Assembly: GCF_964355755.1 (NCBI RefSeq)
Contig: NC_092675.1
Span: 243,812 to 307,811 of the forward strand
From: Antedon mediterranea
Taxonomy: Eukaryota > Animalia > Echinodermata
Direction of reading: 5' to 3'
Length of the DNA: 64,000 nt
Below are positions 52,201 through 64,000 of the stretch, in pieces; within the stretch, counting starts at the first letter, position 1; every line of letters begins with the position of its first letter. The notes beneath the pieces are model-generated. The model searched no databases. It saw nothing but the letters and a program-made list of their open reading frames with translations, and was not told where the DNA came from. Position numbers and translations under genes: made by a program.

Positions 52201-54326
52201 TAAGTTTATATATTAAAAAAATAATAAATAAGTAATAAGTTATTTTTTTAAAAAGCCTGGAATAACAATCTCACCAACAGTACGTGAACATGAACTACTG
52301 TCACCATCAACAGCTAAACCAGCATGATATGATATACCGTCAGAGGAATAAGTTGTACTCTGGTATGCAGGCTTGCTAGTTGCCAACTCCGCTGTAAAGA
52401 AAACAATCATTAGTTGAGTTTATTTTTTCCCTATTTCACAAACAAGTGTAATAAGAGCAATTAGAGAGTTGTGACATCCAGCCACCAGGGGTAATCGCTG
52501 AAACGTATTCTAATTTCATCGAAAATAAATTTTGACAATTTTGACCATTTTATGCGCGCGTACGCAAACGTTATACATGTGCTATGCACATAATTGTATT
52601 GCCATGATGAAATATGACCTGAAATTTATGAGTACCACATTTTGTTTAATTGCGATTTATGCTTGTGAATATATGATTACAAACGTGATTTCGTTAAATC
52701 GAGCATAGACTGGTATTTTTTTATTGCGCACAATGAAAACATAACCCCATTGATTCCTGCCATAAGGAATATACTCTGAACAATTGACTTAGCTAGTTGA
52801 AACTGATATCAAGATAATTGACTAGGACAAAATACTGCTAAAGAAAGAATAAATAAAGATCCTGACAGAATCAATAGGTTATGTGCATGATAATGCATAT
52901 AACCTAATTAGATAGAGTCTAAGTTTACATATATTTTCCAGCCTCTCTTTTGCACTCCCACTATCCTTTAATCTGCCTCAAACTCAGACAGATACAAGGT
53001 ACAGTATGAATAGATATGAGTAGGGTAGAATTAATTAGTCAAATTGATTATTTTTTTATTCAAATTGTGCAAATCGGTCTAAACAAATAGATTGTAAAGA
53101 ATTTTTTCATGCTGTCAGTGGAATGTAATAATTGATTGGTAAATTAAAAATTGCTCATGCACATTTTCAAAACCTCATGTATAATATATAACACCGATTG
53201 ATTTGACTGGTTCGTTGGAGTATTGTGGTATGTATTTCAGATTGAAATCAAGTAACTTTATTGGTTTGATTAGGTTCAATTCTTGGACAATTTCTTTTTC
53301 TTTTTAATTCATTATTGTCTTTTAGTTGTCTTTACCCACCATTTGATATGTTATTTTAGGTTATAGAGAGTCTGCCGGAACTGTACCAATTACATTCATT
53401 TCTTTTCCCGATTGTTTTGTGTAGAACTACTGTATAACAATAAAATAAATGTTATTATCTATGTTAATTTAATGATATTCTCATATATGAAATACAGCAA
53501 CAATGTTTTGGATAATCGATTAATAATACTGCAGTAACTTTGATTGTAAATTGTTTGTTAGAAATGTGTAATGAATCTGAGGTATGAGAATAAATGAAAA
53601 TACTATATAATATGAGTTTAAATTACTGCATAGATCTATATGTATAATCAGATATAAATAATTGTTAATTTTCATTACATTCAAGCAAACCTCTGTCTGT
53701 GTGATGTACAAAATGATATCATTACAATGTTATTGTCATGTTGGATTATATTTTTAAGAGCTACTTCATCTGCTTCCTTTTTGTATGCGTTTTTGATCAA
53801 AGTTCAATAAAACGTTATAATGTATGGACTCAAAAAATAAATACTGATAATTTGCATCTTTATCGAGCCAAGTTGTGTATAGTAAGTAACTGTATACACA
53901 AACTTTTTGCCGAAAACAGGAATTGGTAAATCTATTACGAACTGGCTGCCTCCTCTACGCCTAACTAGTCTTAAATGCTGGGCAGTTGAGTTCCGGTGCC
54001 GGAATCCTAACCACGGCGATATTCATATTAAGAGAATAATATTCTAGTAAGATCTTTGTCTTCACCAGGTCCTACTTTACGCCATGGCATACCACTGCAG
54101 AGGGATCCATAGGCTGAGAGAGTAGTCTAGGCCGGGGCCCAGAGAAGAAGCCTACAGAACAGTTACACACAGTAGTACAGCATTAGTTGGGCCTAGCTAG
54201 CTTGGCTAATTACTTAGCCTATATTTGTCTACGGATTTTACACGGATACTTACTGTTTTGAGATGAACTGATGAAGCAATGCTTAAGTAGAAGTAACAAA
54301 AATAGTGTGAACCTTTTATCAAACAT
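46230..54326 (-). CDS. Gene 3: ~576-aa type I membrane receptor (signal, F-type-lectin-like, HYR, EGF, EGF, HYR, HYR, TM, tyrosine-motif tail)
   Basis: In-frame exons 54326-54254, 52391-52275, 51957(or 51966)-51883, 51113-50910, 50595-50383, 50074-49961, 49823-49710, 49455-49219, 48953-48717, 47437-47329, 46467-46230. EGF: [33 protein letters not shown]; tail has TDYDNV, TYSSL, TYIDL. The TM exon donor (gttttg) is weak. Confidence 0.85.
47920..48120. repeat. ~23-bp minisatellite with palindromic core
   Basis: About 8-9 diverged units of aagcttgatcaagctccctctca. Confidence 0.85.
48240..48430. repeat. 21-bp minisatellite, about 9 copies
   Basis: ttaatgaattatgtacttaag units, nearly identical. 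Confidence 0.95.
52450..52910 (+). mobile_element. Probable non-autonomous Helentron/Helitron-like repeat
   Basis: 3' hairpin taggttatgtgcat-gata-atgcatataaccta; segment absent from the paralogous gene 1 intron (~16830-16940). Confidence 0.45.
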
Positions 54327-54461
54327 TTTGACATAAATTAACACTGGTAAAACGTTCACTAAAATCAATATTTTCATATTTTTCGTGATTATTATTTACA
54401 AATACAGTACTGTACTGTACTGTACTGTACTGTGTATATACACAGGCATGTACAACCGCTT

Positions 54462-54492
54462 TATTATTTCCGGGTGTTATAGCGCCCTCACT
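54462..54492 (-). promoter_or_regulatory. Conserved proximal upstream element of gene 3
   Basis: tattatttccgggtgttatagcgccctcact, ~135 bp upstream of the ATG. Confidence 0.55.
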
Positions 54493-56976
54493 TTCTCTAA
54501 ACTTCAGGGCTAGTTCTTGAAACAAAACTAAAGTAATTAAATGCCATTTCATAAATCATCAATCCATAGTTTCCCATGTTTCATAACTTTTTTTTAAAAT
54601 ATCACATTCTTATCAGTGATTAGACAGGCTATTTCAAATTACCCACAGTAACAGTCCTATTCTTTTTGTACATGTTATCAGTGTACAGTCAGTGTAATTT
54701 TATGTCTTTTATTTACAGATTTTTATTTACGAGTTATATCAAAAATCATCCACCGCTATTGGTATACCCACCAACTTTTTTACATTTTCTGGAGAGTATC
54801 CGGTTCAAATACTTTAACATCTGACAGAGTTTTGCCCAATTAATCTATTGGATTTCATTTATTCGTCTCAAAAAACAGGGAGAGTACAATTAACATACAA
54901 TAATAATAAAAAAGAGAAAAATGAGACAGAGAAAACCAAAAGTGAACCACTTAAATACATAAAGGTCGTATTATGCTCCTCAATTTCCTAAATTATAAAT
55001 TCCATTGTTGTTATTTATTTTACTAGGAAATATTTCTCTATATTACTTTTATCAGAGCTCCGCAACAGATTCAAAGTTTCCTTTTCACTGACTACAATGA
55101 TTGTACTTTCATTTTATTTTGCAATTATATTTCATGTTGTACAAAAATGAAATAAAAAAATATATTATTATTTACTAAATCACTGTTGAGTGGAAACCAT
55201 AAAACATACAAAAATTACAATATAACATTTGACCATTAAAGTATCAAATATCTGCCTGAGCTTTATTCCCTTTAACAACAAAAGATCTTATGTAAAGAAA
55301 TAAAATTAAAATATTATAATATAATTCAATTTGTAAACAATTAGTATTTAGTTATTTTTAATTATTATTACATATATTTAAATTATTTATTTGGTTTTAT
55401 TCATTTACAAAATTTATATTTGTTTTGGCCATTATCGTATTCGTAGTCATTTGACTTCAGAGTTGTACAAAAAAACACCTGATGTTTGTGGTATCTGATA
55501 ACAGAATGCATCAAGGTGAATTGCAGTATATGGTTCAATACCAATGATGCTCTTAACATTATTATTTCCTAAGGATTCAATTTACGACAGAAAATGATTA
55601 TTATTATCTTTTTTTTCTCATTAACAATATGGTAAAGCAAAGCCAATTAAATAAGAACACAATTTATTTCAAAACATATTTTTATAAAATATGGTCAAAT
55701 TGCTGGATATTGCCAAATTGCCTTAATATGCAATCAAATCTACTTTAAACTCTAAATAACCAAACAATACATTGATTACATTTTCCGTATGATGATTGTA
55801 AGTCATCAAAATTTAGTTTAGTAAAGTTATTGCTTATCTTCAGTAGTAGTAGGCCTGTTATACTGTAATTTGAAACATATTTTACTTCAGTGGCAGCTAT
55901 GACAATTTCGCTGTAGTTGATCATTTAAATTGAGCAAATTAATTTTAGTAAATTTCAACTATCTTTTCTCTACTCTACTCCTGTTGCTGATTTGTCATAA
56001 CCTGTCAGTTATATAAAGTTGATTGAATATACAATTTATATTATTTTAAATAAACATAAATTAAATTTTATATAGACCTGTTCATATTGCAGATACAATA
56101 GTAATATGTATTGGAAATTCATGAGAAATTTAAACAAAACCATTAAAAAATAAGAAAAGATAATTACATATGTTCAGGAGAGAGTGAAAAAATGATATAT
56201 TATAGTATCATAAATATTAACTGGTGGGATAAAAATTGTTTGACTATTATCTATATGTTAATGTTTCTCTTAAAAATTATATATCATTAATTATTCCTAT
56301 ATTAATATATTTTATATTATTATTATGTTTTATCAAATGTACTACAATTAATTAATATCTTTATTGCTTTACAAAACATGCACATAGACAGACAGGAATT
56401 ACAAACATTCCTTTGTTTACCCAGTTACATGAATATAATATATAGTATACAAATTAAATTATATAGATGGTACCATTCCATCATTTCTTGTGCAATTAGG
56501 TTCTGCAACAGCTTCCATCCAGTGCTTCTAATAGAGCACTGAACGTTGTTGAACAACATACAAGAATTATGAGACTTTAAATTTGTTTTGTTGAGAACAT
56601 TGTAATTGATGGCCAGATGTACACTGTGAAGAAGCTCGATCAACATATCTCCTACAACATCAATTTGTTAAATGATAGTCCACTTTCTTTTTCTAAAAAT
56701 ATAGAGCATACATATTTTTAAAAACTGTTTATAATTATGAATTATGTAGAAATAATATATACACAAGCATTAATCATTTAAGGTATTAAATTATTTGTCC
56801 CAAAATACAAAAATAAATAACAATCACACTGTAAAATAAACATGTTGTATTAATACATAATGCTGGTTGACATGAGTAGAAGATTGAAATTGGGGTTTTC
56901 ATCTCTAAACCTGAGAATAGCGCTATTTATATATGACTACATGAGTTGTTCATAACATAATTAGCCTCATACTGTT

Positions 56977-57202
56977 TTAAATCACTACTGGTCCCACCGA
57001 CGAATATGTGTGCAGATCTTGATATCCAGAATTAAGCCTTTCTCTAGATTCTGGCTGAGGTGGTGGTGCTGTAACATTGCCAGGTGTTGGCAGGTTTATC
57101 TCATATTCTGTAGCAGCTGGTTTCATTGCAATAGCATCATACGTAGGCATGTTCATCGCTGTGCTATCATCCTTTCTCTTGTTCTTCTGAGAATAGTGGG
57201 AC
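56977..57202 (-). CDS. Gene 4: terminal cytoplasmic-tail exon of a paralog of gene 2 (upstream exons presumably beyond the right edge)
   Basis: Acceptor ttatcttag at 57203; translates [41 protein letters not shown]...SGYQDLHTYSSVGPVVI*, highly similar to the gene 2 tail at 33445-33226. Confidence 0.75.
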
Positions 57203-57249
57203 CTAAGATAAATGCATAAGTTTTTTCATTCTTAATTCAAATTTTCTGA

Positions 57250-58215
57250 TATTAGACCGGCAGCCCAGAGACATTTGGTTAGATGAGCTAGGTACCAATA
57301 TCTGACTATTTGAGTGTGTTGGGGGTCACTTGAAGTGAATGAAAATGGGAGTCTGCCGGGTACCCCCTGCTGCGTCTAGACCGGGGGGACCCCGAAACGT
57401 GCAAAAAAATCGACACAGGTTAGATGAGAGAGATACCACCTAATTTTACTACCATGGGATGCCCATTGGCATCCTTATAACAGTATCACAAACGACAGAC
57501 TTTTTCTCTGCTGCAAAAGGCCCGCCAGACCCCCCGAGGGAGGGCCTAAAATGGGGTTAGCATAGATGAGTGAGGTACCACTCAAAATAAATTCCAAACG
57601 AACAAGTTGTGTTCATACAATACTAAATGGATAACAACAGACTAATTGTCTGCTGCACCGCAAGTGCCAGACACCCTAAAGTTAGACTAAAGGCCCCCCT
57701 TCCCCCAACTAACACAGCTTAGATATTGTAGATACCACCAGCAACCAATGTTATATGATTTAGCACATTGTAAGCAATACCATATGACCTACTGTATTAC
57801 AGACTATCTGAACACTGCCCTGGCAGACCCCTCTAAAGTTAGACTAGAGACCCCTCTTTCCCCAACTAGCCCAGCTTAGATATTGTAGATACCACCAGCA
57901 ACCAATGTTATATGATTTAGCACATTGTAAGCAATCACCAAATGACCTATTACAAACTATCTGTACACTGCCTTGGCCCTGGCAGACCCCTCTAAAGTTC
58001 GACTAGAGACTCCATTCCCCCAACTGGCCTAGCTTAGATATTGTAGATACCACCAGCAACCAATGTTATAATTATGATTTAGCACATTGTAAGCAATACC
58101 AAATGACCTATAACAGACTATCTGTACACTGCCTTGGCACTGGCAGACCCCTCTAAAGTTCCCCCATTTACCCCAAGTATATAGCCTACCTTAGATATTG
58201 TAGATACCACCAGCA
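57250..58215. repeat. Tandem array of ~141-158-bp units in the left arm of a foldback
   Basis: cttagatattgtagataccaccagca at 57718, 57875, 58033, 58190; diverged tagatgag...tacca at ~57278, 57419, 57562. Confidence 0.85.
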
Positions 58216-58944
58216 GCAAAAAAAAAACCACCCAAAACAACATATTTAATTGAATAAAGTTTAACTTTAATCGAACTAACACAAAACAATTGAAAATATA
58301 TCACATCAATGACGATAAAATGACCATTACCATTTTAAAGGGAAAAATAGTTTAAGAGTTTCACTTCAAACTTATATAAGCCAAATATAAACAAGTACGG
58401 ATTCGAGTAAATTTAGCATTCCTGCTAAGAATTGTGAGGATCTGGAATTCCTTGCCTTTGAATGTCAAAGATACATTCGTCTGTAACTCTTGCAACCTAT
58501 TTTAAGAGAAAGCTTAGTAATCACCTTAATCAAATTCAGGATTGTAGTAACTTAATCAAAAGTGATTTGATAAATTAATAGTTGGTAATTTTAAATGCTG
58601 TATATTATAATCTTAATCCTCTATATATATTTATATATATAAATCCAAAGGCAAATAACTGAAAAAATGACAATGCTGTGGGTATCAGTGGCTGAATCTC
58701 AATGGAGATACAAAAAAAAAGTGAAAAGCTAAATCAAAAGGATAAAGTAAAACAGCCAGAAAGTTAGCAGAGCTTTCGGGCAACACTAGCCCTTCATCAT
58801 TGCAAGTGAAGGATAAGAGCTGGCAAGTGCTGCCTGGGTGGACAGGAATAAAAGAAATACAACAAAAGGAGACAGGGTGGAGTCTGAATAAGAGTAGAAA
58901 ACAAAGAAGGTAGCTTGGTAGAGATACAGTATAAACAATTTTGG

Positions 58945-59078
58945 AATGAAACTAAACACGGCCAACAGTCATAAGTCGCGTGCTAAAACGCATAGTAATA
59001 CCGGATCGACAGACAGACCGACAGACCGACCGACCGCCGACATAGTGAACTATAGAGTCGCGTCCACGCGACTAAAAA
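58945..59078 (+). mobile_element. Short Helentron/DINE-like repeat inserted in Penelope
   Basis: (GACA/GACC)n microsatellite followed by hairpin agtcgcg-tcca-cgcgact and an A run. Confidence 0.55.
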
Positions 59079-61174
59079 CAGTTTAAATGGTGGTTAATAT
59101 TGAAACTTAAATTTAGGTAGACAATGGAATAATTTTACCAACCTGGGAGTATGTTTCTAATGTTAAGTACAAAAGGTTTTGTGGTTTTAAGTTGTAATTC
59201 CCAGTGGTTTTCCTTGTCTTTGCAAGTTTTGTCGCTCCATTTGACACATTAATGGAATATTGCAATAACGCTGAAATTTGTTATCGAGTGACCAGATGAA
59301 TTAAAATGTTCGGCTACAGGTTGAACAAGCTTTAATGTGTTGATAGCTGATCTGTGTTGTGTCATTCTCATACGAAGAGTGTTTTTTGTTTCTCCGACGT
59401 ACTGTTTGCCACAAATATTACAGTATATGAGATAAATGACGTTTTTGGTTAGACAATTAATTGATTGTCTTATCCGAAAAATGCGGCCAGTTTGGTTACT
59501 CTTAAATTTTTCAGTAGAATCAACCAATGAACAAGTTTTGCAAGATTTGCCGCAAAGGTGACTGCCCAAATTTTGACTGTCATGAGAGTTAATTTCACTC
59601 TTACATTTGGATCTGACTAATATATCACGAAGGTTGGGAGGTCTACGAAATGCAATAATGGGTGGTTCCGGAAAAACAGTCCTGAGACGTTCTGTGGACT
59701 GTAGAATGGGCATATGTTTCTCAATAAATTAATAGCCCCGTAATGGAGGCAACCTAGGTTGATAGGTTTGTAATTTCTATTCCGGAGATGTCCGGTTAGT
59801 TCTTCGGTACGATTCTGAAAATCTAAATCTGAAGAACAGATACGTCTGATAGGTAATGCTTTACTGTTCGGTATGTTTTTAGTACAATGTTGGAGATGAC
59901 AACTGCTAGGGAGCAGGTACATATTTTTATCAGTGGGTTTACGGAATAGGTCAGTTTTGAGAGTACCATTTTCTATGGTTACTATAGTGTCCACAAAATC
60001 AACGCTACTAGTGGATTTGGTAACTGTAAATCTTAGGATCGATGGAGTGTTTTTTTTTACCATCACAGAAACAGATTTTGCCACCTTATCCGCAATTTCC
60101 GGGGTGGGTTCCGTTGTCAGTTTACGATATATAATGAAGCTGTCTTAAGGATTCCTCTTAATAAAATTTGATGTCCATAGCAACAGTGGCAGAACCTTTA
60201 TCAGCGGGTTTAATGATGATATCATTACGCTGACGCAATTTGGCAATGGCCTGCCTCTCCTGTTTTGAGATTGTCACGTTTATCTGGACTCGGGACGTAG
60301 TTTTGTACATCCTCCTCAATAGCCTGGATAAATGTTTCTAAAGCTGGACAACGATTTTTAGGTGGATTCCAGGAACTTTTTGGTTTAAATTTGTTAACGT
60401 TGCCTTCGTTTTGCGTGGTGCTGCTGTCTGAATCAGCAAAATATTCACGTAATCGTAATCTTCTAGAAAAAGACTCTATATCCAAAGATAGTTGTTGTGC
60501 GCCGAACTGCCTTGGTTTTGGGCAGAATTTAAGTCCTCGGGAAGGAAGTTTTCTCTCTCCTTCGGAAAGTCGACAATTAATTTCAACAACTGAATCAGAG
60601 GTGTTGCTCTGATTCTTGTTATATGTCCCAACGAACCTTCTGCAGGGTTTCCTAAAAGCCCTGAAGTCATCCGAAGGTAGAGTCATTTGTGTTGAAATGA
60701 CCAAGTCTGCATGGTAGACCAAATTTGTGATGTTCCCTTCGGGCCATTACCGTTGATTGTTTACGGCAGTCATTGGCGATAATCCTGAGTTTGTTTTGAA
60801 ACTAGGATGCAGGAAGTTCTCTTTTCAACTTCTTAGTTCTAGAGTGAATTTCAACGTCAAACTCAGTGAGGATTTTGCGGCAATTGTCAATTTGGATCTC
60901 ATTGAGATCTCTAATTTTGTTCAAATATCTTTTTTAATAGATACAGTACTACATATCTACATAAATAAAGTACATAAAAAAAAATTATATATATTTATAA
61001 TTTTTTTTTTTATATTTTTTTCGATCGAGATACGGTATTGTTCAGTCTATCTGAAGATCGTTTAACGTGAAACACCGTGTAATAGACGTCCGTGTTCCAT
61101 CTACTTTATAAAAATATATATTCGCTCTTGATTCCAATTGAGCACGTTTGCAGCCTCAACGCATCTATATAAGA

Positions 61175-61218
61175 CTTGCACTGATGAAGGGCTAGTGTTG
61201 CGCGAAAGCTCTGCTAAC
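61175..61218 (+). ncRNA. Minimal type I hammerhead ribozyme motif in Penelope pLTR
   Basis: ttgca-CTGATGA-a-gggc-tagtgtt-gcgc-GAAA-gctc-tgc; palindromic AGCT stem III; the copy at 58760-58806 (-) has a perfect gggc/gccc stem II but ATGATGA. Confidence 0.7.
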
Positions 61219-61507
61219 TTTTCTGGCTGTTTACTTTTTCGTTTTGATTTAGCTTTTCGCTTTTTTTTGTATCTCCATTGAGATCCAGCCACTGATACCC
61301 ACAGCATTGTCATTTTTCAGTAATTTGCCTTTGGATTTATAAATATATATATATACATATGAATACAAGATTAAGATTATAATATACAGCATTTAAAATT
61401 ACCCACTATTAATTAATCAAATCACTTTAGATTAAGTTACTACAATCCTGAATTTGATTAGGGTGATTACTAAGCTTTCTCTCAAAATATGTCCAAGAGT
61501 TACAGAC

Positions 61508-63660
61508 TCAATTCAATTCAATTCAATTAAAACTTTATTATCCCCATGGGGAAACTCTGTTGGCCTTTTCAAAAGTACAGTACTTACAAATATAAAATGG
61601 ATACAGTACATAAAATATAAAATACGATAAAAAAAGCCATACAAAATATACATATAAAATCCTAAAAAGTCGATTTAAAATACTACAAAAAATAAAACTA
61701 GCGCATAAAATACGATTATACGATTATATAATGAATGATATTATCTTTCATTATATAATCGTATAGCGGCAGGGACGAATGAATTGCCATATCTATTTGT
61801 TTTAATTTTTCTTTGAAGGAGTCTGTCACAACGTTGACTTTTGTTAAATTTATAGTGCAGAGGATGAGCGTGGTCTTTTAAAATAATTTTCAATTTTTTT
61901 ATTACTAATTCCTTATATAAAACTTCAGGTTGAATTTGTTCAGAGCCTACTATTCTACTGCCTTGTTTAACTATTTTATTAAGTAAAAGTCTATCTTTAA
62001 AACGTGAATTACCATAATAACATATTAGGCAAAAACTAAGTACACTGTTTAAGATAGAAGTATAAAAAAGTTGTAAAATAGTACGGTCAATCTTAAAAGA
62101 GTTTAATTTGCGTAGAAAGAAGAGACGTTTTTGTAATTTATTGTATATGCACCTACTATTTGCATCAAATTTAAGTTTATTATCAATTTCAACCCCTAAA
62201 TATTTGTAAGTTTTAACTTCCGGAATGGTCTCACCATTGATTTTGATCTTGGGAAGGTAGTTTATCTTCTTCCGAAAATCAAAAACCATCTCTTTAGTTT
62301 TATTTATATTTAGATCTAAAAAATTATCTTTACACCATTTGTGAAAAATATTAATACTGTCTAAGAAGCCTGTCATTGAATCATCTTTTGAATCCAGATA
62401 ACCAATCAGAGCAGTGTCGTCTGCATATTTAATAATCTCAGTTTTTGTATTATTTGACTTACAATCATTTGTGTATATTTTATACAATAAAGGTGATAAC
62501 ACACAACCTTGTGGAACACCCGTGTTAACTTTCAACAACGAGGACAACGTGTGATTAAGCTTAACACGCTGTTCTCTATCTTTTAAAAAATTAAGTAGCC
62601 ATTTTATAATCAGTGGGTTAACTTCTAAATCGATAAGCTTATTAGCCAGAACATATGGTTGAATATTATTGAATGCACTAGAGAAATCAACAAAAAGAAT
62701 TCTCGCAAAGCAACCTTTTTTCTCTAGGTGCTCAGAAACATTATTAAGGAGCAGAAGCACTGCATCATCAACACACCTGTTTGGACGATATGCAAATTGA
62801 TTTATATCTAGCAGATTCTCCACTGAGGCAACTAGCTTACTTTTAACAATTTTTTCTAAACACTTCATTGGTACACATGTAAGGGCCACAGGTCTAAGGT
62901 CATTCATTTCCTTGGGATTTGGTTTTTTGGGAATGGGCATGATTGTTGATTTTTTCCACAACATTGGAACTATTGAGTCATTTACAGAGGATTGAAAAAG
63001 TTTACAAAAAGGAATGGCCAACTGATCGGCACACAACTAATATTATCGGGACCTTTTGCCTTACGTGGGTTAAGTTTTTTAAATAATAAGTTCACTTCGT
63101 CCACAGTGATTTGAAAATGTTCCGGGGGTACCGGCAGTTCATCAACGCGTTTTGTTGTTTCCCTCATGTTCAAGTCAACGTCCACTTTATCAAATCTGTT
63201 GTAGAAGGCATTTAAATCATTTGCATATTTCTTTTCACCAACACCCTTTGCCTTCGGTTTATAACCAGTAATATTCTGCAAACCTTGCCAAACCTTAGAT
63301 GAGTCACGATTTCGGAAGGACCTTTCAATTTTATTTTTATATTCCTTTTTGCATTCAATAATTTTCCGCTTGATTTGCTTCTGTATATCTTTTCGCTTCT
63401 CTTTCTCTCCGTCATAAAAACATTTCTTTTTCTTATTAAGGAGTTCTTTGAGTTCTTTGGACACCCAAGGTTTATTATTAGAAAAAACTTTAATTCTTGA
63501 TACAGGTATAATCATTTCTTCACAGAATCTTACGTATTCGGTTACAACGAGGGTCGCTTCGCTCAAATTTTCTGCATTTTCCGTTAATGCATCCCAGTTT
63601 GTGCATTCAAAACACCCTTTAAGGGTCTCGCTGGCTTCCTCAGTCCAACGTTTTACCTTT
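61508..63660 (-). mobile_element. 5'-truncated Rex1/Babar-like LINE inserted in the right arm of the foldback
   Basis: ORFs 62982-63566 and 61741-63036 (DLRPVALT, FVDFSSAFN, GVPQG, KYADD), one frameshift; (TTGAA)n tail at 61508-61527. Confidence 0.9.
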
Positions 63661-64000
63661 ATGTATCTTTGACATCCAAAGGCAAGGAATGCTAAATTTA
63701 CCCGAATCCATACTTGTTATATATATTTGGCTTATAATATATAAGTTTTAATTGAAACTCTTAAACTATTTTCCCCTTTAGAATGGTAATGGTCATTTTA
63801 TCGTCATTGATGTGATATATTTTCAATTGTTTTGTGTTAGTTCGATTAAAGTTAAACTTTATTCAATTAAACATGTTGTTTTGGGTGGTTATTTTTTTGC
63901 TGCTGGTGGTATCTACAATATCTAAGGTAGGCTATATACTTGGGGTAAATGGGGGAACTTTAGAGGGGTCTGCCAGTGCCAAGGCAGTGTACAGATAGTC

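Larger units (their letters stand above)
58640..61340 (-). mobile_element. Penelope-like retroelement (decayed RT plus GIY-YIG) with inverted pseudo-LTRs
   Basis: ORF pieces SRGLKFCP (60225-60722), DLFRKPTD..YL..SSCH (59617-60084), NVIYLIYCNICGKQYVGET...RMTQHR (59249-59713); pLTRs at 58640-58806 (-) and 61175-61340 (+). Confidence 0.9.
58116..64000. repeat. Long inverted repeat (arms 58116-58806 and 61175-61507 plus 63661-64000), continuing past the right edge
   Basis: 63661-64000 is the reverse complement of ~58116-58476 and 61175-61507 of ~58479-58806, with scattered differences. Confidence 0.92.

Noticed and set aside
53940-54020. tRNA-like fragment
   Set aside because: No cloverleaf; at most a SINE remnant inserted relative to the paralogous intron
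61030-61080. Second hammerhead-like string ctgaaga...gaaac
   Set aside because: Stem I cannot form convincingly and the stem III closing pair mismatches; probably chance within decayed Penelope sequence

Overview
AT-rich eukaryotic (intron-containing) DNA, most likely a marine invertebrate deuterostome such as an echinoderm (inferred from HYR/F-type-lectin genes and a Deu-domain SINE; not proven). Reading splice sites by hand on the minus strand gives a tandem cluster of four paralogous single-pass receptor genes. The three whose 5' ends lie in the window share a signal exon and a non-canonical F-type-lectin (fucolectin-like) head. Gene 1 (19527 to <317) is lectin-5xHYR-TM-tyrosine phosphatase and runs off the left edge. 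Gene 2 (39893-33226) is lectin-TM-short Tyr-motif tail. Gene 3 (54326-46230) is lectin-HYR-2xEGF-2xHYR-TM-Tyr-motif tail. Gene 4 shows only its tail exon (57202-56977). The best candidate new system is therefore a paired-receptor-like cluster that couples related ectodomains either to a phosphatase or to ITAM/ITIM/ITSM-like tails, built by segmental duplication and phase-compatible exon shuffling. The rest is nested mobile DNA: L2, CR1, RTE and Rex1/Babar-like LINEs, a DIRS relic, a young Gypsy with 94-bp LTRs inside a TTAA-flanked Kolobok-like element, Helitron-like repeats, a 5S/tRNA Deu-SINE, and a Penelope element with hammerhead motifs at the core of a large foldback. Paralog comparisons also show TA-to-TACTGTA and TA-to-TAGGCCTA insertions that look like transposon excision footprints, one of which frameshifts the Gypsy integrase. 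All gene models are manual and lack transcript support.
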